From: Macrostomum lignano
Lineage: Eukaryota
Direction: 5' to 3'
DNA length: 64,000 nucleotides
Assembly: GCA_002269645.1 (NCBI GenBank)
Contig: NIVC01002132.1
Span: forward strand, 1-64,000
The notes below the pieces were generated by a model that had not been told where the DNA came from, made no database searches, and was given only the letters and a program-made list of their open reading frames with translations. Numbering within the stretch: position 1 is the stretch's first letter; every line of letters begins with the position of its first letter. The translations under genes were made by a program, and so were the position numbers. Of this stretch, positions 24,925 through 38,204 are shown piece after piece.

Positions 24925-25560
24925 AGCACAAGATTTGCCTGCAAACAAATTGCTTGCCAAGATTTGCCCACAATGCATTTTGCTTATGAGTGAATTGCCT
25001 GTTGAGATTTGCCTGTAAATGAATTGCTAGCAAACAAACTGCCTGCCAAATTTTCCTACCAAGGTTTGCCTGCAAATTTTTTTTCCTGTGCCAGCACATT
25101 TAGCCATGTGGCAACTAGGTTCTGTCCATATCGCCCCCATCCCCAATGCTTATAATACTGCGTAAGTCTTAATAAAGAGATTTGGGGACAAAGCAAGATG
25201 GCATATGCATGAATTAGTAGCTCATTGATTTACCCCTGCATGTATATAGAACTGAATAACTACAAGAAAAATATAAATTTAATTTGCAGTTACTATCAAA
25301 ATGTTTGATAAGGTAAATCTCTTTATTAAAACTTACTAAGTGCTAGAGGGCAATGCAGACAAAATCTGCCATGTGGCTAAATGCACTGCAGGAAAAAAAC
25401 ATTTGCAGGCAAACCTTGGCTGGAAAAAACTTGACAAGCAATTCACTTGCAGGCAAATTGCACTGTGGGCAAATCTTGATAGGCAATTTGCTCATAGGAA
25501 AATGCACTGCAGGCAAATCTTGCTAAGAAAAGCTTGGTAGGCAAATCTTGATGGGAAAAT
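24925..25560. mobile_element. Diverged foldback/MITE-like element: ~210-bp imperfect inverted arms (~24925-25135 and ~25345-25560) around an AT-rich spacer
   Basis: GGTTTGCCTGCAAATTTTTTTCCTG..CACATTTAGCCATGTGGCA on the left is the approximate reverse complement of TGCCATGTGGCTAAATGCACTGCAGGAAAAAAACATTTGCAGGCAAACC on the right. Both arms contain internal GCAGGCAAAT subrepeats. Confidence 0.6.
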
Positions 25561-28089
25561 CCCCTGTGAGCAAATCTTGGCAGTCAATTTGTCTATGGGC
25601 AATTCTCATGGACCCACTGACTATACCAATAGACCTCTTAGCTAAGATTTATTGCCACTATATAATAGGTAGGTAGCATTACTTTCTTAATGAAAAGAGT
25701 TTATCTACCTTAGTGGTCTACTACCAAGCATTATTAACAACATGGAATAATGTAGGGCACTTGCTAATATTTATCAAATATTTCTCAATATTTAGCAAAT
25801 ATTTCTCAATATTTAGCAAATAAAAATATTTAAAATACATATTTTCTAATTGTCTTTTCTCAATGCACATTGAAAAAGTGCAAAAATTTAAGGTTTGTTA
25901 TTCTGTATGAATAATACATTCAAGAATGAAAAAAGCCTATTGAAAACATTTTTTAATCCTAGTATACAAATGTGGTCCTATACTTTTTCCCTTACCATAC
26001 CTAGCATACATTAATACATGATTCAAACTATGGATTCTATATTATGCAGATTGTTCTATAGTACCTTGTATCTATAGTGCAAAAGGATAGGTATACGACA
26101 GAAATTTCTATTGTACACAAGGATCACCCATTGTACATATTATATAATATATTGCTCTTTTTTGAGAGGTGCTATAATATACACTATTGTACAGTTTGTT
26201 CATAATTGTATGACAGCCATTGTACAGATGTACATGACTCATACTACGTTGCAAAGTATTTTTTGTTACCTGATATAGTTTGTAAGTCATTTCCATACTT
26301 AAAACTCATTCACCATGGCACTATTGCCAATGAAAGAAAACAGAAAAACATTATGCAATAGAATTTTTTGTTTTCCTAACTGATATGCATTGTGTGTAAT
26401 CAGTAAATTACAACATAATTGTTGCTTTAGGCCTACTTTGCACTTTTTAGAATATCATTTTAAAAATGATTATTCTGGCATTTATTCCTATTATACCCTA
26501 TCATAGTATCATACACTAGAAGTACCATTTTTTAATCTATTGTATTGCCATATAACAAGCCAAAATTTAAATTTATGTTCTATCATACACAGACATCCTT
26601 TCACATTATGGCCTCACACTACTAGGTTAGCTGAGAAAGCAGCTTTTCGAGGTAATCATTCATAGAAACTCATAGAAAGAGACACTGAATTGCCTATAAA
26701 AGTGGCAACTCAATGTCACTCATGCTAGACTTCTGCAAGCCACCTTCATTGTCCATGACTTAAACTGGCGCCACTACCAACATTAGTGATAACATGCTTA
26801 GGCTATACTTAGGGCCTACTCTTGGGCCTAGGCCTAGCTCTCCTTAACCTAGCTAACTGCTATACATCTGGCATCTATAGCTAGCTAGCCACATCATCTG
26901 AGTCTGAGCAGAGCAATATTGCCACCTTAGGCCTATTAGAGTTTACTAAAGTAGGCCCTATCTGGCCTTACAGTTTAGACCTAGCCTAGGGCCTAGGCAT
27001 TTATAAGGGTTTCAAAGGCTAGGCCTAGACATAGACAGTCATAACAGTTGAATTAATATACATCTTACAATACAGACCTTGAGCTTTGCTTCAAGATGAA
27101 TTTTTTCTGGATAGGCCTAATTTTTTCATAAAATATTTAAATAACTTACTTGATTGAAATATCGTAACAGTCAATATCAGAAAGAGTTCGACTTTTCCAA
27201 ATAGGTGTATCCTTGTATCGCCGAAGAAAAGAAACGCAAATATAAAACAATAAAGGAAAGAAAATAAGTCCTGATAGGAGTTCCAGAGCAGAAAACAAAT
27301 GCATTGCCACAACAGTGTTCATTTCAATGAATTTGTATCTTGTGCACGCCTAGCGGCTAGCCTACAAGTGTAACTGCCTACATAAAACTTAAACTACGAA
27401 TGCAAACAAACTTTAACTTCTTAGAAACGAGCCCATGACACTAGTTTAAATTTTCAGTACTCCAATGGTTTTTCATAGAAACAAGTCAGTAAAGCAATTT
27501 GTTATGTTGCATCCATGACTGCATTGGTGGATTGTTAAAAATAACTTATTTTATTTTTTGTTAAAGAATGTATGTATTACTAAAATAGAACTTTCGTTAT
27601 ACTAAAATATGATATTGTAGCCAACTTTAGGATGGAAAGTTCCATCTTGCAGTTTTCGCGCAAAACCAGCACCCAAAATATTTTCTAAGAAATAAGGTCT
27701 CCCGTCCTTCTACATGAGTCGTCCTTGGCATGAGCCTCCAGCATGAGTCTCCAGCATAGGTCATACCATAACGGCCATTTGGTATGACCTATACCAATGA
27801 TAGGATGATATAGCTGTGCCTAGCCACTACATTCATTTTTCTGTAATTTGCGAACCGCTGCATAGACATAGTCTTTTTATACAGTATCGGTGACTTTAAG
27901 CTGTTAAGTACAACTAGTAAGTCTTTGATTTGTTCTTCGTAAGAAGTCATCGTGTACAACAGTATATCCAGTTTCTCCATGTATAAATGTACATTCCCAG
28001 CTTAAAGTTAAATATTATAATAAAGTTAAGGCCACTCTACATTCCTGTGTGAGTGTGTATCTCTGCGTATGACTGCGTACGTAACAATA

Positions 28090-30600
28090 AAAACGATAGC
28101 AACAACAACAAATAGCTTGTACATGTACATGTACACCTCTCGCCGCGGCCACGAGTGGCCACAAAAAGGGAGAGGTGTCAGAACGCAGCCTTTGGGCTAC
28201 ACTTCTCAAGAAGTCATCTCCCTCAGTCACAGTGTACATAAAATGCTGGGGCTCTCGGATCCCTCAGGAGCAGCTCGGGGAAGCGCGTCGTTCGCCCTGT
28301 TGGGTCTCGTCTCCGCGGGCCGTCCAAACCAGCTGTCGTGTAACGGCTCGCTGCAGCGACCCTCCGACTGGATGACGTGGCCAGCCAGCCAAAGTCTTAT
28401 CTCGCGTAGCAGATCAGAAGGCGTAGAGCGCGACTCCGAGCTGCAGAAGTAGAAGTAGAAGGAGTAGAAGGCGACTCCGAGCCCGGGCTGCAGCGCACAC
28501 TGAACATAGAGGGCAGCATCGTAGAGTGCGCGGCGTCTAGCTGTTTTTCCAGGTCAAGGTCCATGCAGGTCTCAGCATTGTAGAGCATGACAGTCTCGAC
28601 GACTGCCCAAAACAGCTGAGCCCTGGTCCTACCATTCAGAGCCTCAGATTGCTGCACCGAGTGCACCGAACGCCCAGGCCAGCCCGAGTCTCCTTCTCAT
28701 GTCGCTGGCGATGTCCGGCACGAGTTCGCCGAGTACACAAAATGCCGGCAGAGTGGAAGCGGGGTCTCATCCCCGGCAGCATCTGATCTCGGCAGGTAAA
28801 GTCCTGCGGCATAGTGAAGACTTCAGTCTTCTGCGCGTTCAGCGTGAGGCCGGCAGCTTTTGTCAGTCGTTGGGTGCCTTCGAATGTTAAAGACAGAAAC
28901 GCAAGGTCGTCCGCGTAACCGAGCACACTGAGACGCTTGAGACGCTTCTCCAGATGCTTCCGACCAAGAACATCTTAAGTCCTTGAGAAGTCCTTGCTTC
29001 CGACTCGTGCGGCGTGAAATCAGGAAGCCATTGCCGGAGTCCGATTGAGGCAGGTCGTTCCTCAGCACCCGGTCTAGTACCAGCACAAATAGAAAAGGCG
29101 CCAGCGTTTCACCCTGAAGCACGCCTGAAGACGTGTCAAACTGATCGTCTGACAAACCGTCTGGCGTGACTACCACAGCGGTGGTGTCCTGATACATGTA
29201 CATCGCCATAACGGCAGAAATCAACTGCTGCGGTACGCTATACACTCGAAGCACAAGAGGCAGCGCGTCGCCAAGCACGGATTCGAAAGCTTTGCGGAAG
29301 GCTGTGAAGACGATAACAAGACTTGACTGGTGGATACGCGCCTCTACGATGATACGGCGGAGCGCAAGGATCTGCGTCACAGCGCCGCGAGCGATGCTGC
29401 GCAGTTCAAAGCGCAGAAACTGATCCAGCACAGGCTGCAACCGTGCTAATAGCATTCGGTTAAGCAACTTCGCGGCACAGGACATGAGGGAGATCCCTAG
29501 ATGCTCTTCATTCCGGGTAGTGCCCGCAGCTTTTTTGGGATTGTGCGCTGTCGTCCACTCGCGGGGCGTGGCCCCTCCAGCAAGGACGGCATTCATCACT
29601 TCAGCCACCTCAGTGGCAACTCTCGGGATTTCCAGCGCTTCGACGGGTGCGACGGCAGTACCGTCTCAGGCGGCAGCGGCATATCTTCTGGTAGTTTCGG
29701 CTGTGGCGAGTTCACGATACCGGCGAAGAAGTCACACCGCTCGTTTCTGCGTGCTTCTTGGGGTGTTGCCGGCCAGATTCAGCGCCGTGTCTTTTTTGCA
29801 TCCATAGTGGGAAAGACAGGCCGACTCCCGAGGTCTATTCCTGCAGATTTGACGCACCTGATGGCATCTTTGACGGCAGTTTGCACCTCGCGTAAGTCGG
29901 ACGCCAGGGTGCCAGGACGCCAGGGATTTCTCGGCCTCGGATGCCGGCTGCCTTGTCTGTCGCAGCCTCTCCAATATCCGCCTCGCTTCCTGCACTTCGT
30001 TGCCAGACACCCAGACTGGGAGATTACTGGCTGCCGGTTGCATTAAGGACAGTGTCTTGGCAGTAGCTGCCGGTACGGCAAGTGCTAATAGCAGCACAAG
30101 GGTAGCTCGCAGAACTTCCCAGCGCAACAACAAACGCATCAAAAAAATTGCCGCGGATGATGGGGTCTCGCAGAGCTCCAAATAACGGCGTGGTGGTCGC
30201 TTTGGTTGCCTGTAGAGCAGATCCTGTAAGCGAAGTTTGCAGAAAAGCAGGCGGTGGTCGGACCGGATGGAAAGTGGAACCATCGTGTTACAGTTGGTCA
30301 ACCGGTCGCGGTTGCTGTTGCGTAAGCGAACCAGAATATGGCCGAGCTTGGCCCGGCGAGTCGTGACATTACCGCGCGCGTTTTGCTTTCTCCTTTTGCA
30401 ACCGACGAGGGTCGCCAATTTGAAGTCTGCATGGTTTGCGAAATCGCGGATTGGCCAACACCAGATGTTGCCGCGACATCAGGTCCGCAAGCGATGTACA
30501 GCTGGCGTTTAGGCGCGTTGACAGGGGAGTGCGTGGGGTCTTTTCAGCAACAACGTCATCGATCTGCTCTGCCAGGAGCTCGAAAAAATACTTGAGCTGA
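28090..30600 (-). mobile_element. Decayed, 5'-truncated RTE-like non-LTR retrotransposon (end of APE, RT and C-terminus; multiple frameshifts)
   Basis: Fragmented ORFs carry LVLANPRFRK, SIRSDHRLL (APE), GISLMSCAAKLLNRMLLARL, QILALRRI, FRKAFESV, GVLQGETLAPFLFVLVLD, YADDLAFL and LAGHVIQ. The element boundaries are approximate. Confidence 0.85.
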
Positions 30601-30749
30601 TGGAGCAGCGGTGGTAACTATAGTAACGTAAACTAACTAAAACTACACGTAAGTCTACATATACAGTTTAGAAGTCCTTGTTTATTTGTTTAGATGAAAC
30701 AGTTTGACTGTATAAAAAATGGATACCGCAAACTAAATTTATGAAAATT

Positions 30750-31478
30750 TACAACAGAACAACAAACAACAAAATACGCAGTTAGCGTCACAGGGCGCGC
30801 TTCAAGGTCAGGTCGCGAATGAACGCCACGCCGCCGGCCGAATCCGGGGCGCCGGCGTCAGCCAGCAGGCAGTCGACGAAACGCCGAGTGCGCGCCTGCC
30901 CCCGCCGGTAGGGTGACTGCAGCGTTAGCAGCAGCACCTCCTGCACCGGCTCTGGGCAGTACAACTCGGCGCGGATGATATGACCTGCCAGCTGGAGTCG
31001 CTGACGGCGCAACAGGTCGCTTGGACGGACCAGGCCGGCGCGGCGATACAAAGCCGCGTTGGTCACTCGCTCGTGGCTGATCTTGAAGGCGGCGCGCAGC
31101 AGGCCAGCGTGCGCCGCGTCGACTTGCTGCTCGAGCGACTCCGTCAGCGTCCAGGTCTTGGCGATGTACGGCAGGACGGTCTCGATCACCGCCTGCAACA
31201 ACGCCGCCCTCTGGCGGTCAGGTAAGGCCTCGGACTGCAGGACTGCCCTCACAGAACGGAAGGCAGCCCAGGCAAGCCCCGCGGCGACGCCGCAACTCCT
31301 CGCGGACATCGGGAACCAGACCGCCGAGGTAGACGAACTGCTGACAACGCGGAAGCTCTGTGGCCTGTCCATCAGCGCCTCGCATAAAATTGCAGCCTCG
31401 ATGTCGTCCGGCACGCAGAGCACGACGGTCTTCTGCGTGTTGACCATCAGGCCGACATTCGCCGCAACAGCAACTAGC
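30750..31478 (-). mobile_element. Second, heavily 5'-truncated RTE-like copy (3' end only)
   Basis: VGLMVNTQKT, FVYLGG, AWAAF, VIETVLPY..TWTL and RLQLAGHIIR parallel the C-terminus of the copy at 28.1-28.9 kb. A TTG-rich 3' tail follows the stop at 30788. Confidence 0.8.
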
Positions 31479-32317
31479 TACAATGTACAAACTGTAACGT
31501 GTACAAATGTACAAATGTACAAATTTAAATGTACAAACTGTACGGCATGCACCGGTAGCATGCATGTATCTGTACCAGCAGCAAGTACACTACCAGTTTC
31601 AAGCTTGTATTGCACACGCTAGTAGATTACTAGTAGAACGAGCTGCCTATAGAGCAGCATTGCAATCATTCGATCTTGAGCCGAAAAGACTTGACCGTTG
31701 GGAATCACGCGGGGATACGCTGCTATGCTATGTGACGGGGATCGGGTGCAGAGAGGGTGCTAAAATAATTCGATCCTGCAGAAGCGATTTTCACTAAAGC
31801 TGCATCCCGGCCGACTTTCTTGCCACCAAAATTTACTACCGCCTGGCCGCCGCTGGTCCTTAAACGCCCTTAAATAATCGCTTGAGATCTGCAGTCAGCG
31901 CAGACAAATGGCTTGGCATGCTCTACCTGTATCTATAGGGAACTAAATTGGTCTCAAATGCCAATATATTATGATATGAAGGGTGATAAGAATTTCCGCA
32001 ATCAACTCTTTTGTTTTGGCTGCACCGAATCAGCTGAAATTCTCGACGCCGATGGAGTTCTGTTCAAATTCATTTATGTTTAGGATTTCAGGGTTTCTAC
32101 GAGTGACATGCTACTACGTATAAGAATTTCCGGGAAAATACTTTGATTGGCACATTCAGCAATAAGCCTGAGACCGCGCCTATAGTGTGCGGAAGCGAGT
32201 AGACAGGCAATTGGCGATCGAACTTCGGAAATGGACCGAAACTGGATCGCACGGAAGTCTGTCCAAGCTGACAGTTGAATTGTAGCTGTGGCGATTGAGC
32301 TGCGCGTAAGATTGAGC

Positions 32318-32343
32318 TGTCTGTCTGTCTGTCTGTCTGTCTT

Positions 32344-32386
<43 letters not shown>

Positions 32387-32423
32387 TTCTGTCTGTCTGT
32401 CTGTCTGTCTATGTGTCTGTCTA

Positions 32424-32512
<89 letters not shown>

Positions 32513-32513
32513 G

Positions 32514-32592
<79 letters not shown>

Positions 32593-32606
32593 GTCTGTCT
32601 GTCTGT
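32318..32606. repeat. (TCTG)n microsatellite
   Basis: Direct reading. Confidence 0.97.
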
Positions 32607-33124
32607 TTCACCCTCCCTGCTCTCACTACAAGGCAGAGTCGGTCGCTCAGGCTGCTACTGGGAGGATTACAACAGAGACGCTAACAGAGTTACAGGACAG
32701 GCAACAAAAAGTACAAGGAAAAGGCGCAGCCCCGGCCCAGTTTATGACTGCAGCGACTGCGCCACCCCCGCAGACCGCCGCCCACTCACAGACGGCTCTC
32801 GCTGAGCTGCTCCGTGCCAATCGACTCGCCTGAGCAGATATGCGCTCTCCAGTTCCACTTTCAAGTCGTGACTTGAATTATCTGATCCCGGATTGGGATA
32901 AATCCCCCCCGCAGCTGAGCCAGCACCTGTCCTTCAGACTGATTGAGTACATTCTCGTGTAGTCAGCTGATATGTAAAAAATCGTTGTGTTAAAATTCGT
33001 ACACTCCTCTTTTGAAAGAATATTCTCGCTTGTTAAGTGCATTCTTTGGATAAACATTCTAAATGAGAGGATTTTGTACTTTTGGATAAGTGAAGGATCC
33101 GTGGTGTCCCAGTCTATAGCATCC

Positions 33125-33330
33125 CATGGCGTCAATTCCAGCATCAATTATGGCGTCACTTCCAGCATCAATTATGGCGCCAATTCCAGCATCTATGGCG
33201 CCAATTCCAGCATATATGGCGCCAATTCCAGCATCTATGGCGCCAATTACAGCATCTATGGTGCCAGTTCTAGTATATGTAGCTCCAATTCCAGCATCTG
33301 TTGGGCCAATTCCAACATCAATGGCGCCTA
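33125..33330. repeat. Short degenerate ~21-bp minisatellite ATGGCGCCAATTCCAGCATCT
   Basis: About 9 tandem copies. Confidence 0.9.
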
Positions 33331-33667
33331 AAAATAGTGAAAACAATTAATTTTTCATAACGCGCTTTCACCTTTACACATGAATTTGACTTTCAAACGC
33401 TATTTGCACAAACTCAACAGCTGATAATGTTTGTTGCGCTCTTCTTTGGGAGCGCTGCTGCAAGGGAAGCTTTGTTCAAGTTTTGCAAATAGTTACTTAC
33501 ACTGAAATCGCCCCAAAAGGGCTTGGGATTCGACCAATCAGGGAGCGGGGAAGGAAGAACTGAACTGGGGGGATAAAAGCGCAGTGCAGGGCAGAGCAGG
33601 AAATCCAAAGCACACACGCATAGGGAGAACTGCTTGAAGTCCCCAGAAGCAGACTCTGCAACTAGCG

Positions 33668-34819
33668 ATGCGTTCCCTGGCGCAGAAGGCCAGCGGCTCC
33701 AGCTACGGCAGTACGCCGAGAACGTCCGTCAACGCTGATCTGAGCGGCGGCGCCAGCGGTGGCGGAGGCGGCGTCCTCAGCCAGGCCGACGTTGAGCGCC
33801 AGTTCGCGCTGCACAGGGAGCTGGGTCGGGGCACCTACGGCAGGTGCGTGCTGGCCACCTGCCGGGAGTCCGGGCGCCGGCTGGTGCTGAAGCTCATGGA
33901 CAAGCGGACAACCCGGCTGAAAGATTTCCTACAGGAGCTGCACACCAGCACGCAGCTGTCCGCTCATCCGCACGTCATCGAAGCCTACGGAGCCGCGTTC
34001 GAGACAGTCGAGTGCTTCGCCTTTGCGCTGGAATTCGCTCCGCTCGGAGACCTGTTCGAGTTCGTGCAGCCCGGCCGTGGCCTGGCCGAGTCGCTGGTGA
34101 AGTCCGTGGCAGCCCAGGTGGCCTCGGCGCTGGAGTTCCTGCACGGCCAGTCGGTCTGCCACCGGGACCTGAAGCCGGAGAACGTGGCCGTGTTCGAGCC
34201 GGACCTCAGCCTGGTGAAGCTGGCCGACTTCGGCATGGCCCGGCCGGCCGGGGCGCTGATCCGCAAGGCCGGGGCGCCGATTCCCTACACGCCGCCGGAG
34301 ATCGCGCAGGCGGCTTGCGACGAGACTTACCGGGTGCACAGCGGCACGGACGCCTGGTCGTTTGGCGTCCTCATCTACTGCTGCCTGACTGGCAGTTTCC
34401 CCTGGCAGGTGGCGGCCGAGACTGACCCCAGCTACCGGGAGTTCGTGCGCTGGCAGCAGCGCAGGAAGCTCGGCCAGTCGCCGCAGTTGCCGCAGCCAAT
34501 ACCGACCGGATTTCGCGAGTTCACGCCGCGCCTGCAGAAGCTGCTCCGCCGGCTGATGGAGCCGCGGCTGGTCGCCAGAGCTGGCGTGGCCGAGCTCCGC
34601 CGGTTCCTGGCCGACAACTGGACAGTGCTGATCGGCGGCCGGACGCCGCGGGAGGTCGGCGCCGCCGAGTGCAGCCAGCGCCAGGAGGTGGACAGCCTCC
34701 GCCGGATGTTGGAGCGGCTCGGCGTGGACACGCAGGCGGCGAGTGGCCAGGCCAGGGAGCAGCGGGTGCGGCACTGGGTGCGCCTGGCGTCACCCTCAGC
34801 GGGCCTGCCAGCGGACTGA
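33668..34819 (+). CDS. SBK1: Serine/threonine protein kinase, SBK1 (SH3-binding kinase) family; single coding exon, 383 aa
   Basis: Intact motifs LGRGTYG, VLK, HRDLKPEN, KLADFG, IPYTPPE and DAWSFG. SBK-typical segments are present: AFETVECFAFALEFAPLGDLF, CCLTGSFPW, EFVRWQ and FTPRLQKLLRRL. Candidate AATAAA at 35219-35224. Confidence 0.9.
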   Translation: MRSLAQKASGSSYGSTPRTSVNADLSGGASGGGGGVLSQADVERQFALHRELGRGTYGRCVLATCRESGRRLVLKLMDKRTTRLKDFLQELHTSTQLSAHPHVIEAYGAAFETVECFAFALEFAPLGDLFEFVQPGRGLAESLVKSVAAQVASALEFLHGQSVCHRDLKPENVAVFEPDLSLVKLADFGMARPAGALIRKAGAPIPYTPPEIAQAACDETYRVHSGTDAWSFGVLIYCCLTGSFPWQVAAETDPSYREFVRWQQRRKLGQSPQLPQPIPTGFREFTPRLQKLLRRLMEPRLVARAGVAELRRFLADNWTVLIGGRTPREVGAAECSQRQEVDSLRRMLERLGVDTQAASGQAREQRVRHWVRLASPSAGLPAD

Positions 34820-35619
34820 CCGGCCAAGCGCATCTGGACAGTTAACTGACAAGTACAGAATGACAGAAGGGCGCTACACTTGAATTAGTCTATGGCGTTC
34901 TCCAGAGCACTGGCGATACAGCCGATTTGTAAGAAACTCGAGTGTAGCGTCCTGCATATAGCAGTTGTCCATATGGTCTGCTGAAGAAGTCCATGTACAA
35001 TTTGAATCTGGCTAAGTGTATATCGTATCGATGGTTACATTTGTTTTTCAACAAGGTGACTGTATCGGAATGCCCCTTTGGCTTTAAGTTTTAATGACTC
35101 TTATCCGAATTTTAATGAGACCAGTTGAAGATTTGCGCACTTTCAGTTGGCTCTCAGTAGCAGAGATGCTTACTGAAGTAATTTTTCTTGTTTCTCAGCT
35201 TTTGCTATGGGCGATGTAAATAAACTGTGTTGCTTCAGAGCAGAATTTGATTGCACAGCTCCATTTCATGACAGCTTCGCGCATTGACGATTAACCATAC
35301 GCAAGGAAGATTAATATGGTTGGGCAGTTGCAATCCTTCCAGCACTTCGGAGCCGAACACAAGCAGACAGCTCAATCACTCCCGCTGCAAATCTCTGGCA
35401 CTATGACCAGCAGTATTGCTCTCGTGAGCAGTCTCTGGGGGATTGTTCTCAAGATAAACATCAACATTGGGCTCGCACAAGTGCAGGCCAGCAATCCAAA
35501 GAGAATTGCATAAATCATAGAATTTTGGCCAGGCTATTAGCCACTGCTCGGCTCATCTGGTCAGGCTGCTCAGACTTTTAGCCATTGCACAGAAAGCTTT
35601 CCCCCTGTTAGTTATGAGT

Positions 35620-36400
35620 CACCTCGCTATTCTATCACTCGCTTCTCTGAGTAGACTTGTCACCCGCTTCTCTGTAGACTTGTCACTCGCTTCTCTGCAG
35701 ACTTGTCACTCGCTTCTCTGCAGACTTGTCACTCGCTTCTCTATCCAGACTTGTCACTCGCTTCTCTGCAGACTTATCACTCGCTTCTCTGCAGACTTGT
35801 CACTCGCTTCTCTATGTAGACTTGTCACTCGCTTCTCTGCAGACTTGTCACTCGCTTCTCTGCAGACTTGTCACTCGCTTCTCTATGTAGACTTATCACT
35901 CGCTTCTCTATGTAGACTTGTCACTCGCTTCTCTATGTAGACTTGTCACTCGCTTCTCTGCAGACTTGTCACTCGCTTCTCTATGAAGACTTGTCACTCG
36001 CTTCTCTATGTAGACTTGTCACTCGCTTCTCTGCAGACTTGTCACTTGCTTCTCTATGTAGACTTATCACTCGCTTCTCTGTAGACTTATCATTCGCTTC
36101 TCTGAAGACTTGTCACTCGCTTCTCTGTAGACTTATCATTCGCTTCTCTGCAGACTTGTCACTCGCTTCTCTGCAGACTTGTCACTCGCTTCTCTGCAGA
36201 CTTGTCACTCGCTTCTCTATGTAGACTTATCACTCGCTTCTCTGTAGACTTATCACTCGCTTCTCTGCAGACTTGTCACTCGCTTCTCTATGTAGACTTG
36301 TCACTCGCTTCTCTGCAGACTTGTCACTCGCTTCTCTGCAGACTTGTCACTCGCTTCTCTGTACACTTGTCCCACGATTTCCTAGAAACTTGTCACTCGG
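35620..36400. repeat. 23-25 bp minisatellite AGACTTGTCACTCGCTTCTCT(GC/ATGT)
   Basis: Direct reading. Confidence 0.96.
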
Positions 36401-36956
36401 CTTCTACCTTCTTTGTAGACTTTTCACTCTCATTCCTCTGTCCATTCGCTATTAAGTACCTTTAACTGTTGTTTTCCAAACCCTGGCTCTTCAGTAACAA
36501 CACGGTCGGAGGTCCTTAGTAATTCAATGGGATTCAAGGGATGAAGCGAGAATGAATAAAGGGTTGGAAGCTGCAGAGAAGAGCGGTAGCAGTTTTTAAA
36601 AGTTCAAGCAGCCAAAAGAAGCCGGATTGCCAGCTACTGTGGCTGGCTGGCAGCTAAAAATAGCCCGGCTCCTCCGGGCCTGCGTGTCCCCAGAAACTTG
36701 CCCTCGGCGTCTGAGGTCAAGAGCGGCCTGGGTGAAGAGGGGAAGGCGAACAGCCTGGCCGGCATTTCTGCAGTCGACATTTTGCCTCTTCTATTTACTG
36801 CCCTACTTGCCGACCGCCACACGGCCTTCGAACAAGGACCACTAGGAACACTTCGTTACAGTCTAGTAGTCCTTGACTTCGAAATGCATAAAAGACCTGC
36901 TTGTTGGGATCTCTCACTTCGGTTGAATACCGTTGTGTTTGTTAGTAAACAGAAAC

Positions 36957-37866
36957 CACTCCTCACTGACACTCACTCCTCACTGACACTCACTCCTCAC
37001 TGACACCCACTGCTCACTGACACCCACTCCTCACTGACACCCACTCCTCACTGACACCCACTCCTCACTGACACTCACTCCTCACTGACACCCACTCCTC
37101 ACTGACACCCACTCCTCACTGACACCCACTCCTCACTGACACCCACTCCTCACTGACACCCACTCCTCACTGACACCCACTCCTCACTGACACCCACTCC
37201 TCACTGACACCCACTCCTCACTGACACCCACTCCTCACTGACACCCACTCCTCACTGACACCCACTCCTCACTGACACCCACTCCTCACTGACACCCACT
37301 CCTCACTGACACCCACTCCTCACTGACACCCACAGACACCCACTCCTCACTGACACCCACTCCTCACTGACACCCACTGCTCACTGACACCCACTCCTCA
37401 CTGACACCCACTCCTCACTGACACCCACTGCTCACTGACACCCACTCCTCACTGACACCCACTCCTCACTGACACCCACTCCTCACTGACACCCACTCCT
37501 CACTGACACCCACTCCTCACTGACACCCACTCCTCACTGACACCCACTCCTCACTGACACCCACTCCTCACTGACACCCACTCCTCACTGACACCCACTC
37601 CTCACTGACACCCACAGACACCCACTCCTCACTGACACCCACTCCTCACTGACACCCACTCCTCACTGACACCCACAGACACCCACTCCTCACTGACACC
37701 CACAGACACCCACTCCTCACTGACACCCACTCCTCACTGACACCCACTCCTCACTGACACCCACTCCTCACTGACACCCACAGACACCCACTCCTCACTG
37801 ACACCCACTCCTCACTGACACCCACTCCTCACTGACACCCACTCCTCACTGACACCCACTCCTCAT
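36957..37866. repeat. 17-bp minisatellite CACTCCTCACTGACACC
   Basis: About 50 copies. Confidence 0.97.
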
Positions 37867-38204
37867 TAACTTCCAGTTTGTCATGGGGATAAAATTCTTG
37901 AAAGTAACGGACAACAGCCAGGTTGCAATAAAAAGTTACTTCGACGCAAAAATTTCGCGCGGTCGGTCTTAGGTGTCAATAAAATGGCCTCGGAAGTGCA
38001 CACTGTAGGGAACTGAGGTGTTTAGCTGCTCTAGATCCACCTTATCAACGTGAATTTGCGTGTTTAACCTGGACCAACAAGGCCATCAAGGATGTGGAGG
38101 GGTGCATAGAGCAGGATGTGTATCGATTTGTGACCTGGTAAAAACGGAATATTTAGCGAATATTTTGGTGCAGGGGATTAAAAACGATTTGGAAGATTTA
38201 TCAA

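Noticed and set aside
26790-27120. Cluster of TAGGCCTA/CTAG palindromes
   Set aside because: Low-complexity simple motif with no defined unit or boundaries.
33844-34833. Alternative-frame and antisense ORFs over the kinase
   Set aside because: These are shadow ORFs of a GC-rich coding region with no motifs.
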